This document shows, piece by piece, positions 52,189 to 63,575 of a DNA stretch of 64,000 nucleotides. Both the position numbers and the translations under genes were made by a program. The stretch lies in contig DASQMI010000069.1 in assembly GCA_035645555.1 (NCBI GenBank), positions 1,388-65,387 of the forward strand, written 5' to 3'. The notes beneath the pieces are model-generated. The model saw only the letters and a program-made list of their open reading frames with translations. It searched no databases and was not told where the DNA came from. This DNA comes from Lysobacter sp. (GTDB lineage: Bacteria; Pseudomonadota; Gammaproteobacteria; Xanthomonadales; Xanthomonadaceae). Position 1 is the stretch's first letter. Each line of letters starts with the position of its first letter.

Positions 52189-54071
52189 TGAGCGGGCTGT
52201 CCTCCGTACCGGCGGCCGTCGCCGCTTCGCTTGCCGAGCACGAGCGCCGCGAGCGCCTGCGCTTCATCACCTGCGGCAGCGTCGACGACGGCAAGAGCAC
52301 GCTGATCGGCCGCCTGCTGCACGACAGCCGCCGCCTGTTCGACGACCAGCTGGCCGCGCTCGAACGCGACAGCCGCCGTCACGGCACCCAGGGCGACAAC
52401 ATCGACTACGCGTTGCTGGTCGACGGGCTGGAAGCCGAGCGCGAGCAGGGCATCACCATCGACGTCGCCTACCGTTTCTTCCACACCGACCGGCGCGCGT
52501 TCATCGTCGCCGACTGCCCGGGCCACGAGCAGTACACCCGCAACATGGCGACTGGCGCCTCGACCGCGGATCTCGCCGTGGTGCTGGTCGACGCGCGCAA
52601 GGGCGTGCTGCCGCAGACCCGCCGGCACAGCTACATCTGCGCGCTGTTCGGCATCCGCCACGTGGTGCTCGCGGTCAACAAGATGGACTGCGTGGGCTAC
52701 GACCGCGCGGTGTTCGATGCCATCGTCGGCGACTACCGCCAACTCGCTGCGCAGCTCGGCATTCCGCACGTGCAGGCGATCCCGATCTCGGCGCTGCACG
52801 GGGACAACCTGCTGCGTCGCTCGGAGGCAACGCCGTGGTACACCGGGCCGGCGCTGCTGGAGCACCTGGAAACGGTGCGGATCGAGCGCGACGGCGATGC
52901 GCGTGGCTTCCGCCTGCCGGTCCAATGGGTCAATCGGCCGAACCAGGATTTCCGCGGCTTCGCCGGCACGCTGGTGGCAGGGGCGGCGCGGGTCGGCCAG
53001 CCGGTGGCGGTGCTGCCGTCGGGGCGTCGCACCGCGATCGCGCGCATCCTCGGCGCCGACGGCGAGCGTACGGACGCCGCACCGGGCGAGGCGGTCACGC
53101 TGGTGCTGGCCGACGAGACCGACGCCAGCCGCGGCGACGTCATCGCCGCCGCCGATGATGCGCCCGAAGTCGCCGACCAGTTCGCCGCGCACCTGCTCTG
53201 GCTCGATGCGCACGCACTGATGCCGGGGCGTTCGTACTGGCTGCGCCAGGGCACGCTGACCGCGTCGGCCACGGTCACCGAGATCCGCCACAAGGTCGAC
53301 GTCAATACGCAGGCCGAGCTCGCCGCCGACGTGCTTGCGCTGAACGAGATCGGTGCGGTGCACCTGGCGCTCGACCGTGCGGTCGCGTTCGAGCCGTACG
53401 CGGTCTCGCGCGAACTCGGCGGCTTCATCCTGATCGACCGCCAGAGCAACGCCACGGTCGGCGCCGGCACGCTGGACTTCGCGCTGCGGCGCGCGCACAA
53501 CCTGCACTGGCAGCACATCGACATCGACAAGGCGGCGCGCGCGCGGATCAAGGGCCAGAGCCCGCGCTGCGTGTGGTTCACCGGTCTGTCCGGTGCGGGC
53601 AAGTCGACCATCGCCAATGCGGTCGACCGTCGCCTGCACGCGATGGGCTTCCATACGTTCGTGCTGGACGGCGACAACGTGCGCCACGGACTCAACCGCG
53701 ACCTCGGCTTCACCGAGGCCGACCGCGTCGAGAACATCCGCCGCGTCGCCGAGGTTGCCAAGCTGATGACCGACGCCGGGTTGATCGTGCTGGTCAGCTT
53801 CATCTCGCCGTTCCGCGCCGAGCGGCGCATGGCGCGTGAGCTGTTCGCGCCCGGCGAGTTCGTCGAGGTGTTCGTCGACACGCCGCTGCAGGTGGCCGAG
53901 CGGCGCGACGTCAAGGGCCTTTACGCGAAGGCGCGCGCCGGCCTGATCCCCAACTTCACCGGCATCAACTCGCCCTACGAGCCGCCGCAGGCCGCCGAGC
54001 TGGTGCTGGACACCACCGCGACCGATGTCGAGGCGTTGGCGCAGCGGGTGATCGACTACCTGACCCGCTGA
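52188..54071 (+). CDS. cysNC: Bifunctional sulfate adenylyltransferase subunit 1 / APS kinase (CysNC, NodQ-type)
   Basis: ATG 52188 (TGATG overlap); [15 protein letters not shown]; [12 protein letters not shown]; NKMD; C-terminal [33 protein letters not shown]. Confidence 0.96.
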   Translation: MSGLSSVPAAVAASLAEHERRERLRFITCGSVDDGKSTLIGRLLHDSRRLFDDQLAALERDSRRHGTQGDNIDYALLVDGLEAEREQGITIDVAYRFFHTDRRAFIVADCPGHEQYTRNMATGASTADLAVVLVDARKGVLPQTRRHSYICALFGIRHVVLAVNKMDCVGYDRAVFDAIVGDYRQLAAQLGIPHVQAIPISALHGDNLLRRSEATPWYTGPALLEHLETVRIERDGDARGFRLPVQWVNRPNQDFRGFAGTLVAGAARVGQPVAVLPSGRRTAIARILGADGERTDAAPGEAVTLVLADETDASRGDVIAAADDAPEVADQFAAHLLWLDAHALMPGRSYWLRQGTLTASATVTEIRHKVDVNTQAELAADVLALNEIGAVHLALDRAVAFEPYAVSRELGGFILIDRQSNATVGAGTLDFALRRAHNLHWQHIDIDKAARARIKGQSPRCVWFTGLSGAGKSTIANAVDRRLHAMGFHTFVLDGDNVRHGLNRDLGFTEADRVENIRRVAEVAKLMTDAGLIVLVSFISPFRAERRMARELFAPGEFVEVFVDTPLQVAERRDVKGLYAKARAGLIPNFTGINSPYEPPQAAELVLDTTATDVEALAQRVIDYLTR

Positions 54072-54118
54072 GCACGTTTCGGTGTCGCGGAGCAGCCGCG
54101 CCCGCTTTTCGACGGATG

Positions 54119-56698
54119 CTAGGGCGACGCGCCCGTCCGCGGCTGGGTGCTGGTCGCCAGAAGGGCGGACAGCGCGCCCGCGTCGACCGGCTTGACGAGG
54201 TGATGGTCGAAGCCGGCTTCCGCGGTGCGTTGGCGATCGCCGTCCTGACCGTAGCCGGACACCGCGATGAGCGTGGGGTCGGCTGCCTTCAGGTTCCGGC
54301 GCAGCTCACACGCCAGTTCGTTGCCGTCCATGCCTGGCAGGCCGATATCGAGCAGGCAGGCGTCCGGTTTTTCGGCGATGGCACGCTCGAGCCCCTGATG
54401 CGCGCTGTGCTCGACCAGGGCCGTGTGGCCTAGCGCTTCGACCAGCATTCCGAGCGTGGCCGCTGCGTCCTCGTTGTCGTCGACGATCAGCACGCGCAGC
54501 GGCTTCGTGGCGGGTTGCACGCCGTCTGTTTTCCGCGGCGGGGGGAGCCGGTCGGTCCGCAGCCGCGGCAGGCGGACCACGAACTCGCTGCCGGCGTTGG
54601 CGCCGCGGCTGCTGGCCCGCACCGAGCCTTCGTGGAGTTCGACCAGGCGCTTCACCAACGCCAGCCCGATTCCCAGGCCGCCCTGCGTACGGTCCGACGT
54701 CCGGTCGGCCTGCGCGAACAGCTCGAACGCCCGCTCGGCGACATCGGCCGACATCCCGATGCCGTCGTCGGCGACAGTGACGAGGACGCACTCCTCGTCG
54801 ACTTCGACCGCGACGTCGATCAGGCCGCCGTCCGGGGTGTATTTGGCGGCGTTGTTCAGAAGGTTCGCCAGCACCTGGACAAGCCGCTTCTGGTCACCCG
54901 ATACATGGGCATCGCTCGGTGTGAGCTGGACCGTCAGGCGATGACGGCGCGCTTCCAGCATCGGGCGCACCTGCTCCAGCGCGTCCACGAGCACGTTCTT
55001 GAGGTCGAGATTGCGCTTCTCGAGGCTGACGAGCCCTCGGGTTACGCGCGACACGTCGAGGAGATCGTCCACGAGGCTGGTCATGTGCTTGACCTGCCGC
55101 GCGATGATGGCGCTGGCCGTCTTCACGCGCTCGACGTCGGCGGGGGCCATCGAGAGGATGTCCGCCGCCGCGCGGATCGGCGCCAGCGGGTTGCGTAGCT
55201 CGTGCGCCAGCATCGCCAGGAACTGGTCTTTCCGCTCATCGGCCGCTTTGAGGGCGATTTCCGCCCGCACGCGTTCCACCGCCGTCCAGACCCGGTCGGC
55301 CGCATCCTTTAGCAGGTCAAGCTCGGTCGCCGACCACGCCCTCGGGGTGGAGGTGTTGACGAACAGGCATGCGATGGTCGCGCCGTCGCGCGTCAGCGGC
55401 ACCGCCACGGCCGCGCGTATCTGCAGCGACTCAAAGGTGGGCCAGGTTTCCGGGCCGGCCGTGCGCGGGTCGCGCGACAGGTCGTTGGACACCCATAGCG
55501 CACCGCTTGCGATCGAATCGAAATTCGCCGCTCCGAAGCGGGCGGACGGATACGTGCCGGTCAGCTCGGCCACGGTGCCGTCGACGTAATTCGAGTGATA
55601 GGTGACCTTCTTCTGCTCGCGGTCGTAATCGCCGTACACCACGCGGTTGGCATTGAAGTGCCGGCCGATCAGTTCGGCCGATTGCCGGAAGATCTCGCCG
55701 GGCTCGCGCAGCGCGCGCAGGCGATCGGCCAACTGCAGCTGGAACGCGTTGGTCTGCCGGGCCTGCGCGAGTTCCTCGACCTTCTCCGCGAGCGCGCGCC
55801 GCGCCATGTAGCCTTCGGTGACGTCGTTGCCCTGGTTGAAGATCCCGATGACGCGCCCATCGTCGCCGAAGATCGGCTGGTAGAGGAGATCGACGTAACG
55901 CTCGGTCAGCGGCCCCGTCGGGTCGCGCTGGATCCGCACCTGACGCTCGGTGAAAACGAGCGGCTTTCCGGTCTCGAACACCTGGTCGAGGATCTCCTCG
56001 AACCCCTGTCCGGCGACCTCGGGCAGGGCCTCCATCACCGGCCGGCCGATGATGTCGCGGTGGCCCACCAGCTGGTAGTAGGCCCGGTTGACCATCTCGA
56101 ACACGTGGTCCTTGCCCATGAGGACGGCGATGAAACCGGGCGCCTGGTCGAACAGAGTCTGCAGCTGGTTGCGCTCGACGTTGAGGATCCGGGTAATCGC
56201 TTCGTGCAACTGCGGCCGGTCCAGTTCGGTCACATCCGGGACCGCGTTGGCGGCATCCTTGAGGAAATAGCGCTTCGTCACCGGATCGAACCGGTACAGA
56301 TCGGTCACGTCGATCGCGTTCTGGCAGACGAACAGCACGTTGCCGTGTTCGTCGAGCACCGGCGTATGCACCGCACTCCAGTAGCGCTCGTCGAACACCC
56401 GGCCCTCGGGCGTGTCGCGCGGCACGGCGTACCGCAGCAGGGGACTGGTGTGCGGCTTCCCGGTCGAGATCGCGAGGTCGATCGACAGGCGGACTTCGCC
56501 GAGATTGGTGGACTCAGGATTGTCGGGATCGAGTGGGAACGCCTCGAAGATGTGCTTGCCGACGATGTCCTCCGCGGTGCGCCCGGTCGCGGCGAGATAC
56601 GCGCGGTTGGCGGCGATCAGCGTGTAGTCCGTCCCGATCAGCAGAAAGGGGTACGGCGCGACTTCGAACAGTGCGGCAAAGTCGGGACTCTCGGGCAT
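54119..56698 (-). CDS. Cytoplasmic hybrid histidine kinase (PAS-PAS-GAF-HisKA-HATPase-REC)
   Basis: No TM; two PAS-like repeats; LAHELRNPLAPI; NLLNNAAKYT; DDGIG; GGLGIGL; REC LLDIGLPG and KP. Confidence 0.92.
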   Translation of the reverse strand: MPESPDFAALFEVAPYPFLLIGTDYTLIAANRAYLAATGRTAEDIVGKHIFEAFPLDPDNPESTNLGEVRLSIDLAISTGKPHTSPLLRYAVPRDTPEGRVFDERYWSAVHTPVLDEHGNVLFVCQNAIDVTDLYRFDPVTKRYFLKDAANAVPDVTELDRPQLHEAITRILNVERNQLQTLFDQAPGFIAVLMGKDHVFEMVNRAYYQLVGHRDIIGRPVMEALPEVAGQGFEEILDQVFETGKPLVFTERQVRIQRDPTGPLTERYVDLLYQPIFGDDGRVIGIFNQGNDVTEGYMARRALAEKVEELAQARQTNAFQLQLADRLRALREPGEIFRQSAELIGRHFNANRVVYGDYDREQKKVTYHSNYVDGTVAELTGTYPSARFGAANFDSIASGALWVSNDLSRDPRTAGPETWPTFESLQIRAAVAVPLTRDGATIACLFVNTSTPRAWSATELDLLKDAADRVWTAVERVRAEIALKAADERKDQFLAMLAHELRNPLAPIRAAADILSMAPADVERVKTASAIIARQVKHMTSLVDDLLDVSRVTRGLVSLEKRNLDLKNVLVDALEQVRPMLEARRHRLTVQLTPSDAHVSGDQKRLVQVLANLLNNAAKYTPDGGLIDVAVEVDEECVLVTVADDGIGMSADVAERAFELFAQADRTSDRTQGGLGIGLALVKRLVELHEGSVRASSRGANAGSEFVVRLPRLRTDRLPPPRKTDGVQPATKPLRVLIVDDNEDAAATLGMLVEALGHTALVEHSAHQGLERAIAEKPDACLLDIGLPGMDGNELACELRRNLKAADPTLIAVSGYGQDGDRQRTAEAGFDHHLVKPVDAGALSALLATSTQPRTGASP

Positions 56699-56938
56699 GC
56701 CTGGCTTTCGGTCTGCTGGGCACTCCCGTTGGATTCATGCGTTTCGCATGTGCCGCCGGGAGCTCGCCGGACCAGCTTGAGCGGCGCCGGAAGACCCGCG
56801 CGTGAAAATGGCATCGCCATGTGCCGCCAATGTGCCGGCGGTCACCGTCTTTCACGCCCGCCCGGGTGGCGGACTCCCGGTGAGTCGGGAGTCGCCGCCG
56901 GGCGAGCGTGCCGTCGCCCCTGCGTCGCAGGGCGCCGT

Positions 56939-58429
<1,491 letters not shown>

Positions 58430-58615
58430 GCGGCGAAGCCTCGGCGGTCGGGCGTTCCAGTCTACCCGGTCGGACTTTTCCCAAGCTGCGCCGTGGCTCG
58501 TTCCGGCCGAAAAACAGCGTTGCTGCGCTGGGCCGCGGCGACGCCGCTACGCACACTGTGCCTGCCGGCCGCACCCGCCGGGAAGGGAAGCCAACACCGA
58601 CCAAGGAGAACCCGC

Positions 58616-58942
58616 ATGAACACGATCAAGTCGCTGCTGCTGTCCATCGCGCTCGCTTCGCTGTCGTTCGCCGCGCTGGCGGCCGAGAAGGTCAACATCA
58701 ATACCGCCGATGCCGCCACTATCGACCGCGTGCTGCTCAACATCGGCCCCGCCAAGGCGCAGGCGATCGTCGCCCACCGCAAGGCCCACGGTCCGTTCCG
58801 CAGCCTGGAGCAGCTGGCGATGGTGAAGGGTGTCGGCCTGAAGACGGTCGAGAAGAACCGCGACCGCATCGTGCTCGGCGCGGCGCCGGCCGCGCGCAGG
58901 CCGGCCACCGCCGCCGCTCCGGCGCGTCCGGCCCGGCGCTGA
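58616..58942 (+). CDS. comEA: ComEA family helix-hairpin-helix DNA-binding protein
   Basis: AGGAG RBS; signal peptide; VNINTADAATI; IGPAKAQAIVAHR..HGPFRSLEQL..VKGVG. Confidence 0.92.
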   Translation: MNTIKSLLLSIALASLSFAALAAEKVNINTADAATIDRVLLNIGPAKAQAIVAHRKAHGPFRSLEQLAMVKGVGLKTVEKNRDRIVLGAAPAARRPATAAAPARPARR

Positions 58943-59050
58943 GCGATCACGGCATCGCGCACGGACGCGCGGCCGGAGCACGGGGCGACCCGGACAAGGA
59001 CGTGGCCGCCCGGCTGCAGGGATGCGGCCGGGCGGCAGTGCCCTCGGCGT
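58943..59050 (+). ncRNA. Putative CsrA/RsmA-binding RNA element (3'UTR of comEA)
   Basis: Three CANGGANG motifs (58960, 58995, 59017), two of them in clear hairpin loops, plus two extra GGA; 14-bp stem at 59005-59036. Confidence 0.6.
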
Positions 59051-59090
59051 GCGGCGTAGACTGACGGCAGATCGCACATCCGGTGTCCGC

Positions 59091-59684
59091 GTGCCGTCCG
59101 AGCTTCGATCCAGCGTCATTCCCGCCCACGAATACCGCCGCGAGCGCTGGCGCAACCAGCGTGGCTGGACGCGCGAGATCGCGCGCTGGCCGGAGCAGGG
59201 CGACTGGGACTGGCGGCTGTCCATCGCCGAGGTCGAAGCGCCGGCGCCGTTCTCGCGATTCGACGGCGTCGAACGCGAACTCGTGCTGCTGGCCGGCAAC
59301 GGCCTGCGCCTGCGCTTCGACGACGGCGAGACGCACGAGCTGCTGCCGCCGCACGGCCGGCTGCGCTTCGCCGGCGAACGCGCACTCGAGGGCGAGCCGC
59401 TCGACGGGCTCACCCACGATTTCAACCTGATGTGGCGGCGCGAACGCATCGACGCGCGCCTGTGGCACCGCCCGCTGGTCGGGCCGATGGTGATCTTCGT
59501 CGAGCCCGGCAGCTGCTGGACAGTGCACCTGATCGCGGGCCACGCCGCGTTCGCCGACGGCACGCCTCTGCCTGCGCTCGGCATTGGCGACACCGCGCTG
59601 CTCGCCGCGGGTGCGGAGCGCGCGCGCTTCGTGCTCGACGGCGGCGGCGAGGCGCTGCTGATCGAATTGGCGCCGCGCGCGTAG
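59091..59684 (+). CDS. HutD/Ves family protein
   Basis: ERWRNQRGWTREI; WRLSIAEVE; FSRFDGVERELVLLAG; DFNLM; start approximate; TAGACT at 59057-59062. Confidence 0.88.
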   Translation: MPSELRSSVIPAHEYRRERWRNQRGWTREIARWPEQGDWDWRLSIAEVEAPAPFSRFDGVERELVLLAGNGLRLRFDDGETHELLPPHGRLRFAGERALEGEPLDGLTHDFNLMWRRERIDARLWHRPLVGPMVIFVEPGSCWTVHLIAGHAAFADGTPLPALGIGDTALLAAGAERARFVLDGGGEALLIELAPRA

Positions 59685-59701
59685 CCCGCCCGCGATCGGT
59701 G

Positions 59702-60364
59702 CTAGGCCAGCGCCGGTCCGAGCACCGCTGCCAGCACCAGCACCGACAGCGCGAGCACACTGAGCGCCATCTGCAGTGGCGTGCGGCCGCGCGCCCACAT
59801 CCAGATGCCGGACAGGCCGAGCAGCAGCATGCCGAGCGCGAAACTGTCGGCGAGCAGCAGCCACGCGGCGCCTCCGCCGACGCCCTTGTGCAGGCGATTC
59901 AGCGCGGCCAGCAGCGTGTGCCCGGTCCGCTTGAGATCGGCGGTGGCGTTGCCGGGCACGTACTCCACCGACCATGCGTCCGCGGCGGTGCCGCCGCTCA
60001 GCGTCCAGCGCGGCGGCTGGTCCACCGCCTTGTCGCCCACGAGCCCGCGCTCCGGCTTGGACGTGCGCAGCACCTGCGGGGCGAGCCCATGCGCGGTCCG
60101 AAGCCATGCCGACAACGCTTCGGGAGTCGCGCGCGCCTCGTGCGGGATCCGCAGCGTCACCCGGCCGCGCTCGGCGCTGTCGCCCTGCGGCCAGGCGTCG
60201 TCGCCGAAGCGGTGGTTCATCACCAGTCCGGTGAAGCCGTACAGGATCGCGGCGAGCGCGCCCCAGGCGCCGATCCACAGGTGCAACTGGCGGACCCAGC
60301 GGTAGGCGAGCGCCGAGGTGCGGCTGCGCGCGGCCGGTGCGGAAGCGGAGATGGCGGAATTCAC
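59702..60364 (-). CDS. PepSY-associated TM helix protein
   Basis: RQLHLWIGAWG; YGFTGLVMNH; LNRLHKG; GIWMW; directly downstream of the TonB receptor. Confidence 0.85.
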   Translation of the reverse strand: MNSAISASAPAARSRTSALAYRWVRQLHLWIGAWGALAAILYGFTGLVMNHRFGDDAWPQGDSAERGRVTLRIPHEARATPEALSAWLRTAHGLAPQVLRTSKPERGLVGDKAVDQPPRWTLSGGTAADAWSVEYVPGNATADLKRTGHTLLAALNRLHKGVGGGAAWLLLADSFALGMLLLGLSGIWMWARGRTPLQMALSVLALSVLVLAAVLGPALA

Positions 60365-60413
60365 GGCGGATCCCTCGTGCGCCGGGCGCGGACCGCAGTC
60401 CGCACCCGGCGGC

Positions 60414-62570
60414 TCAGAACGACAGCGTCACGCTTAGGTAGGCCGCGCGCGGCGAGCCCGGCGAGAGGTTGTTGTCGTTGTGCGCGGAGACGAAGTAGCG
60501 CTTGTCGAACAGGTTCTCGACGTTGAGTTGCAGTTGCACGTGCTGGCTCGGCGTGTAGTAGAGCGCCGCGTCGTAGCGGGTGAAGCTGCGCAGCGTGACC
60601 GCGTTGGAGGCCTGCGGGTGGATCGCGCTGCGGTAGATCGCGCCCAGGCCCACGCCCCATTGCGCGTTGAAGTCGTAGCGGTTCCACAGCGACGCGGTCT
60701 GCCCGGCCAGGTTCGCCGGCGTGCGGCCGCGGTCGGCGCCGAACAGGATCTCGCCGTCCTGCCAGGCGTAGCCGCCCATCACACGCCAGGCGTCGGTGAT
60801 CTGCCCGGAGATGCCGAGCTCCACGCCTTCGATGCGTTCGCCCTCGCCGAGGATCGAGCGGGTTGGGTTGGCCGGATCCGGCTGGATCACGTTGTCGCGA
60901 TGGAGCCGGAACACCGCCGCCGTCAGCACCAGGTCGCGCCTGACGTCCCACTTCGCGCCGATCTCGTAGTTCTCGTATTCCTCCGGATCGAACGCGCGGT
61001 TGCTGGCCGACAGCGAACCCATCTGCTCGCCGGCGCGCGGCAGGTAGGTGATGCCGTAGCTCGCGTACAGCGCCAGGTTCTCCAGCGGCTTGAAGATCAG
61101 CCCCGCGCGCGGCGACCACAGGTCGTCCTCGGTGGTGATCCGCTGGCCGCCGCCCTGGCGGTTGCGGAAGTCGATCTCGAAGCGGTCGAAGCGCACGCCC
61201 AGCACCGCCTGCCACTGCGGCGAGAATTCGATCTGGTCCTGCACGTACGCCGCGGCGATGCGCGCTTCGACGGTGTTGTTGGCGTCGGAGCTGCCGTTGT
61301 TGGCGAACGTCACCGCGCCCGTGTAGCGCGGATTCGCCACAGGCACGCAGAACGCGGCCGTGGTGGCAGAAAACGCGCCGTTGCCGTTGTAGCAGAGGTT
61401 GGACGGGAACGCGCCGGTCTGGCGGAAGTTCTCGCTGTCCTGGCGTCCGAACTCGAGGCCGGCGAGCACGGTGTGCTTCACCGCGCCGGTCTGCGCGGAG
61501 AAGATCAGGTCCGTCTGGTTGAACAGGTTCTCGCGTTCGGTCGCGCTGCTGTACGCGCTGAGCGCGACTACCGGCGTACCGGCCGGGCCGGTGCGCAGCG
61601 GACCGCCGGCGAACACGTTCTGGTAGAACTTGTCGTAGCGCGCGTAACGGGTGCGGTTGCGCAACAGCGCGCCGTTGCCGAACTCGTGTTCGAACAGCAC
61701 GTTCACCGCGTCCATCTCGAATTCGGACGGGCTGAGGCCGGGCGCGCCGAAGTAAGTGGAGCGGTCGGTGGCGACCGGATAGCGCCGGCCCTCGAATGCG
61801 ACCGCGTACGACGGCACGCCGCGGTCGGTGACGCGCCGGTCCTCGAAGTGCTCCGCGTCGACGTGCAGGTGGGTGTTCTCGCCGAGGCGGAACGCGAAGC
61901 TCGGGTTGATGCCCCAGCGCTCCAGCTCGAACGCATCACGGAAGTTCTCGCTGTCCTCGTACAGCCCGGTCACGCGGAACGCGAACGCGTCGCTCACCGC
62001 CTTGCCGACATCCACCGTCGCGCGGCGGCGGTCCCACGAACCTACCTGCAGCTTGAGCTCGCGCGTCGTGTTCCAGTCGGCCTGCTTGGTCACGCGGTTG
62101 ATCACGCCGCCGGTACCGCCGCGGCCGAACGTCATCGCGTTCGGGCCCTTGAGCACCTCGACGCGCTCGACGTTGTAGAGGTCGCGGAAGTACTGCATGT
62201 CATCGCGCATGCCGTCGACGAACATGTCGGCGGTTGAGGTGTTGCCGCGTAGCACCGGCGCGTCGCGATGGCCCTCGCCCTGCGCGATGCCGGTGCCGGG
62301 CACGTACTGCACCACGTCGGCGAGGCCGCGCATGGCGGTGTCGTCGATCATCTCCTCGGTCACCACGCTGATCGACTGCGGCACGTCGATCAGCGGCGTG
62401 TCGGTGCGCGTTGCGGTACGGCTGGCGTCGGCACGGTAGCTGTCGCGCTGGCCGTGCACTTCCACGCGGTCGAGCTCGGTCGGACCCGGCGCGGGCTCGG
62501 CGAGGGCGGGGAGCGCAAGGGCGAGCGAGAGGGCGCCGGCGAGCGGCGAGACGGTCGGTCGACGGGACAT
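60414..62570 (-). CDS. TonB-dependent siderophore receptor (Fiu/catecholate-like)
   Basis: Signal peptide; TPLIDVPQSISVV; LRG; VERVEVLKGPNA; NVENLFDKRY; C-terminal Phe. Confidence 0.93.
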   Translation of the reverse strand: MSRRPTVSPLAGALSLALALPALAEPAPGPTELDRVEVHGQRDSYRADASRTATRTDTPLIDVPQSISVVTEEMIDDTAMRGLADVVQYVPGTGIAQGEGHRDAPVLRGNTSTADMFVDGMRDDMQYFRDLYNVERVEVLKGPNAMTFGRGGTGGVINRVTKQADWNTTRELKLQVGSWDRRRATVDVGKAVSDAFAFRVTGLYEDSENFRDAFELERWGINPSFAFRLGENTHLHVDAEHFEDRRVTDRGVPSYAVAFEGRRYPVATDRSTYFGAPGLSPSEFEMDAVNVLFEHEFGNGALLRNRTRYARYDKFYQNVFAGGPLRTGPAGTPVVALSAYSSATERENLFNQTDLIFSAQTGAVKHTVLAGLEFGRQDSENFRQTGAFPSNLCYNGNGAFSATTAAFCVPVANPRYTGAVTFANNGSSDANNTVEARIAAAYVQDQIEFSPQWQAVLGVRFDRFEIDFRNRQGGGQRITTEDDLWSPRAGLIFKPLENLALYASYGITYLPRAGEQMGSLSASNRAFDPEEYENYEIGAKWDVRRDLVLTAAVFRLHRDNVIQPDPANPTRSILGEGERIEGVELGISGQITDAWRVMGGYAWQDGEILFGADRGRTPANLAGQTASLWNRYDFNAQWGVGLGAIYRSAIHPQASNAVTLRSFTRYDAALYYTPSQHVQLQLNVENLFDKRYFVSAHNDNNLSPGSPRAAYLSVTLSF

Positions 62571-62615
62571 GGGTTCCATTCCGGGGAGCGGCAGCGGCCG
62601 CGTTCGGAAGGAAAT

Positions 62616-62638
62616 GCTAATGAGATCGATTCCTATTT
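62616..62638. promoter_or_regulatory. Putative Fur box
   Basis: AT-rich GCTAATGAGATCGATTCCTATTT upstream of the TonB receptor; resembles GATAATGATAATCATTATC with an imperfect AATGAGA/TCCTATT dyad. Confidence 0.72.
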
Positions 62639-62686
62639 ACAAGCGGGCCGGGCGCTTGGCCGGCGACGCAGAGTGCGCCGCATCGC

Positions 62687-63004
62687 TCAGTCAGTAGAGA
62701 TCCACACCGCGCCGTCCTCGACCTTGGTCGGGAACCCGCGCACCGGTGCGTACGCCGGCGCGCACAGAGGCCGGCCGTCGCGGACGTCGAACTTCGCACC
62801 GTGCAACACGCAGACGATGGTGCCCTCGTCGCCGTCGTAGTCGCCGGCCGACAGCTCGAAGTCCTCGTGCGAGCAGCGGTCCTCGAGCGCGTAGAAGTCG
62901 CCGTCGTGATTGAACACCAGCACCGGGACGTCGCCGATCCAGGCGACCTTCATCTCGCCGGGCAGCAGCTCGCCGGTCGCGCACACGCGGGTCCAGTCGC
63001 TCAT
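62687..63004 (-). CDS. Rieske-type [2Fe-2S] ferredoxin
   Basis: DRCSHE and CVLHGAKFDVRDG Rieske ligands. Confidence 0.93.
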   Translation of the reverse strand: MSDWTRVCATGELLPGEMKVAWIGDVPVLVFNHDGDFYALEDRCSHEDFELSAGDYDGDEGTIVCVLHGAKFDVRDGRPLCAPAYAPVRGFPTKVEDGAVWISTD

Positions 63005-63017
63005 CGCCGCCTCTGCC

Positions 63018-63575
63018 CTAGAACAGTTTTTCGAGGACCTCGAAGCGCAGATCGCCGCGCTTGGGAAGGCCGAAACGCGCGTCGCCGTAGGGGAACGGTT
63101 TGAACACGCCGGTGCGCCGGTAGCCGCGGCGCTCGTAGAACGCGATCAGCTCGCTGCGCGAATCGATCACGGTCATTCGCATGGCCGGAAGCCGCCACTC
63201 GTCTCGCACCACGCGTTCGGCCTCGGCGAGCAGCCGCTTGCCGATGCCGTCGCCCTGCAGCGTCGGCCGGACCGAGAACATGCCGAAGTAACCGGCGTCG
63301 CCCTCGCGGGCGATGTGCGCACAGCCGACCAGCTCGCGCCGGCCGTCGAGCGTGCGCTCGGCGAGCAGGATCAGGCTCTGCGGGCCGCGCAGGCAAGCCT
63401 GCACCTCATCCGGCCCCGTACGGCGGCCGTCGAGCAGGTCGGCCTCGGTGGTCCAGCCGGCGCGGCTCGCATCGCCGCGGTAGGCGGATTCCACCAGCGC
63501 GACGATCGCATCGACGTCGGATTCGCCAGCGGCGCGGAACGCCAACGGGGCAGCGAGCGATACCGGCGCGTTCAT
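63018..63575 (-). CDS. GNAT family N-acetyltransferase
   Basis: AYRGDASRAGWTTEADLL; FSVRPTLQGDGIGKRLL; LIAFYERRGY. Confidence 0.9.
   Translation of the reverse strand: MNAPVSLAAPLAFRAAGESDVDAIVALVESAYRGDASRAGWTTEADLLDGRRTGPDEVQACLRGPQSLILLAERTLDGRRELVGCAHIAREGDAGYFGMFSVRPTLQGDGIGKRLLAEAERVVRDEWRLPAMRMTVIDSRSELIAFYERRGYRRTGVFKPFPYGDARFGLPKRGDLRFEVLEKLF

Noticed and set aside
51154-56938. Mobile element or genomic island boundaries
   Set aside because: No integrase, transposase, tRNA or flanking direct repeats seen; reported only as a variable locus.
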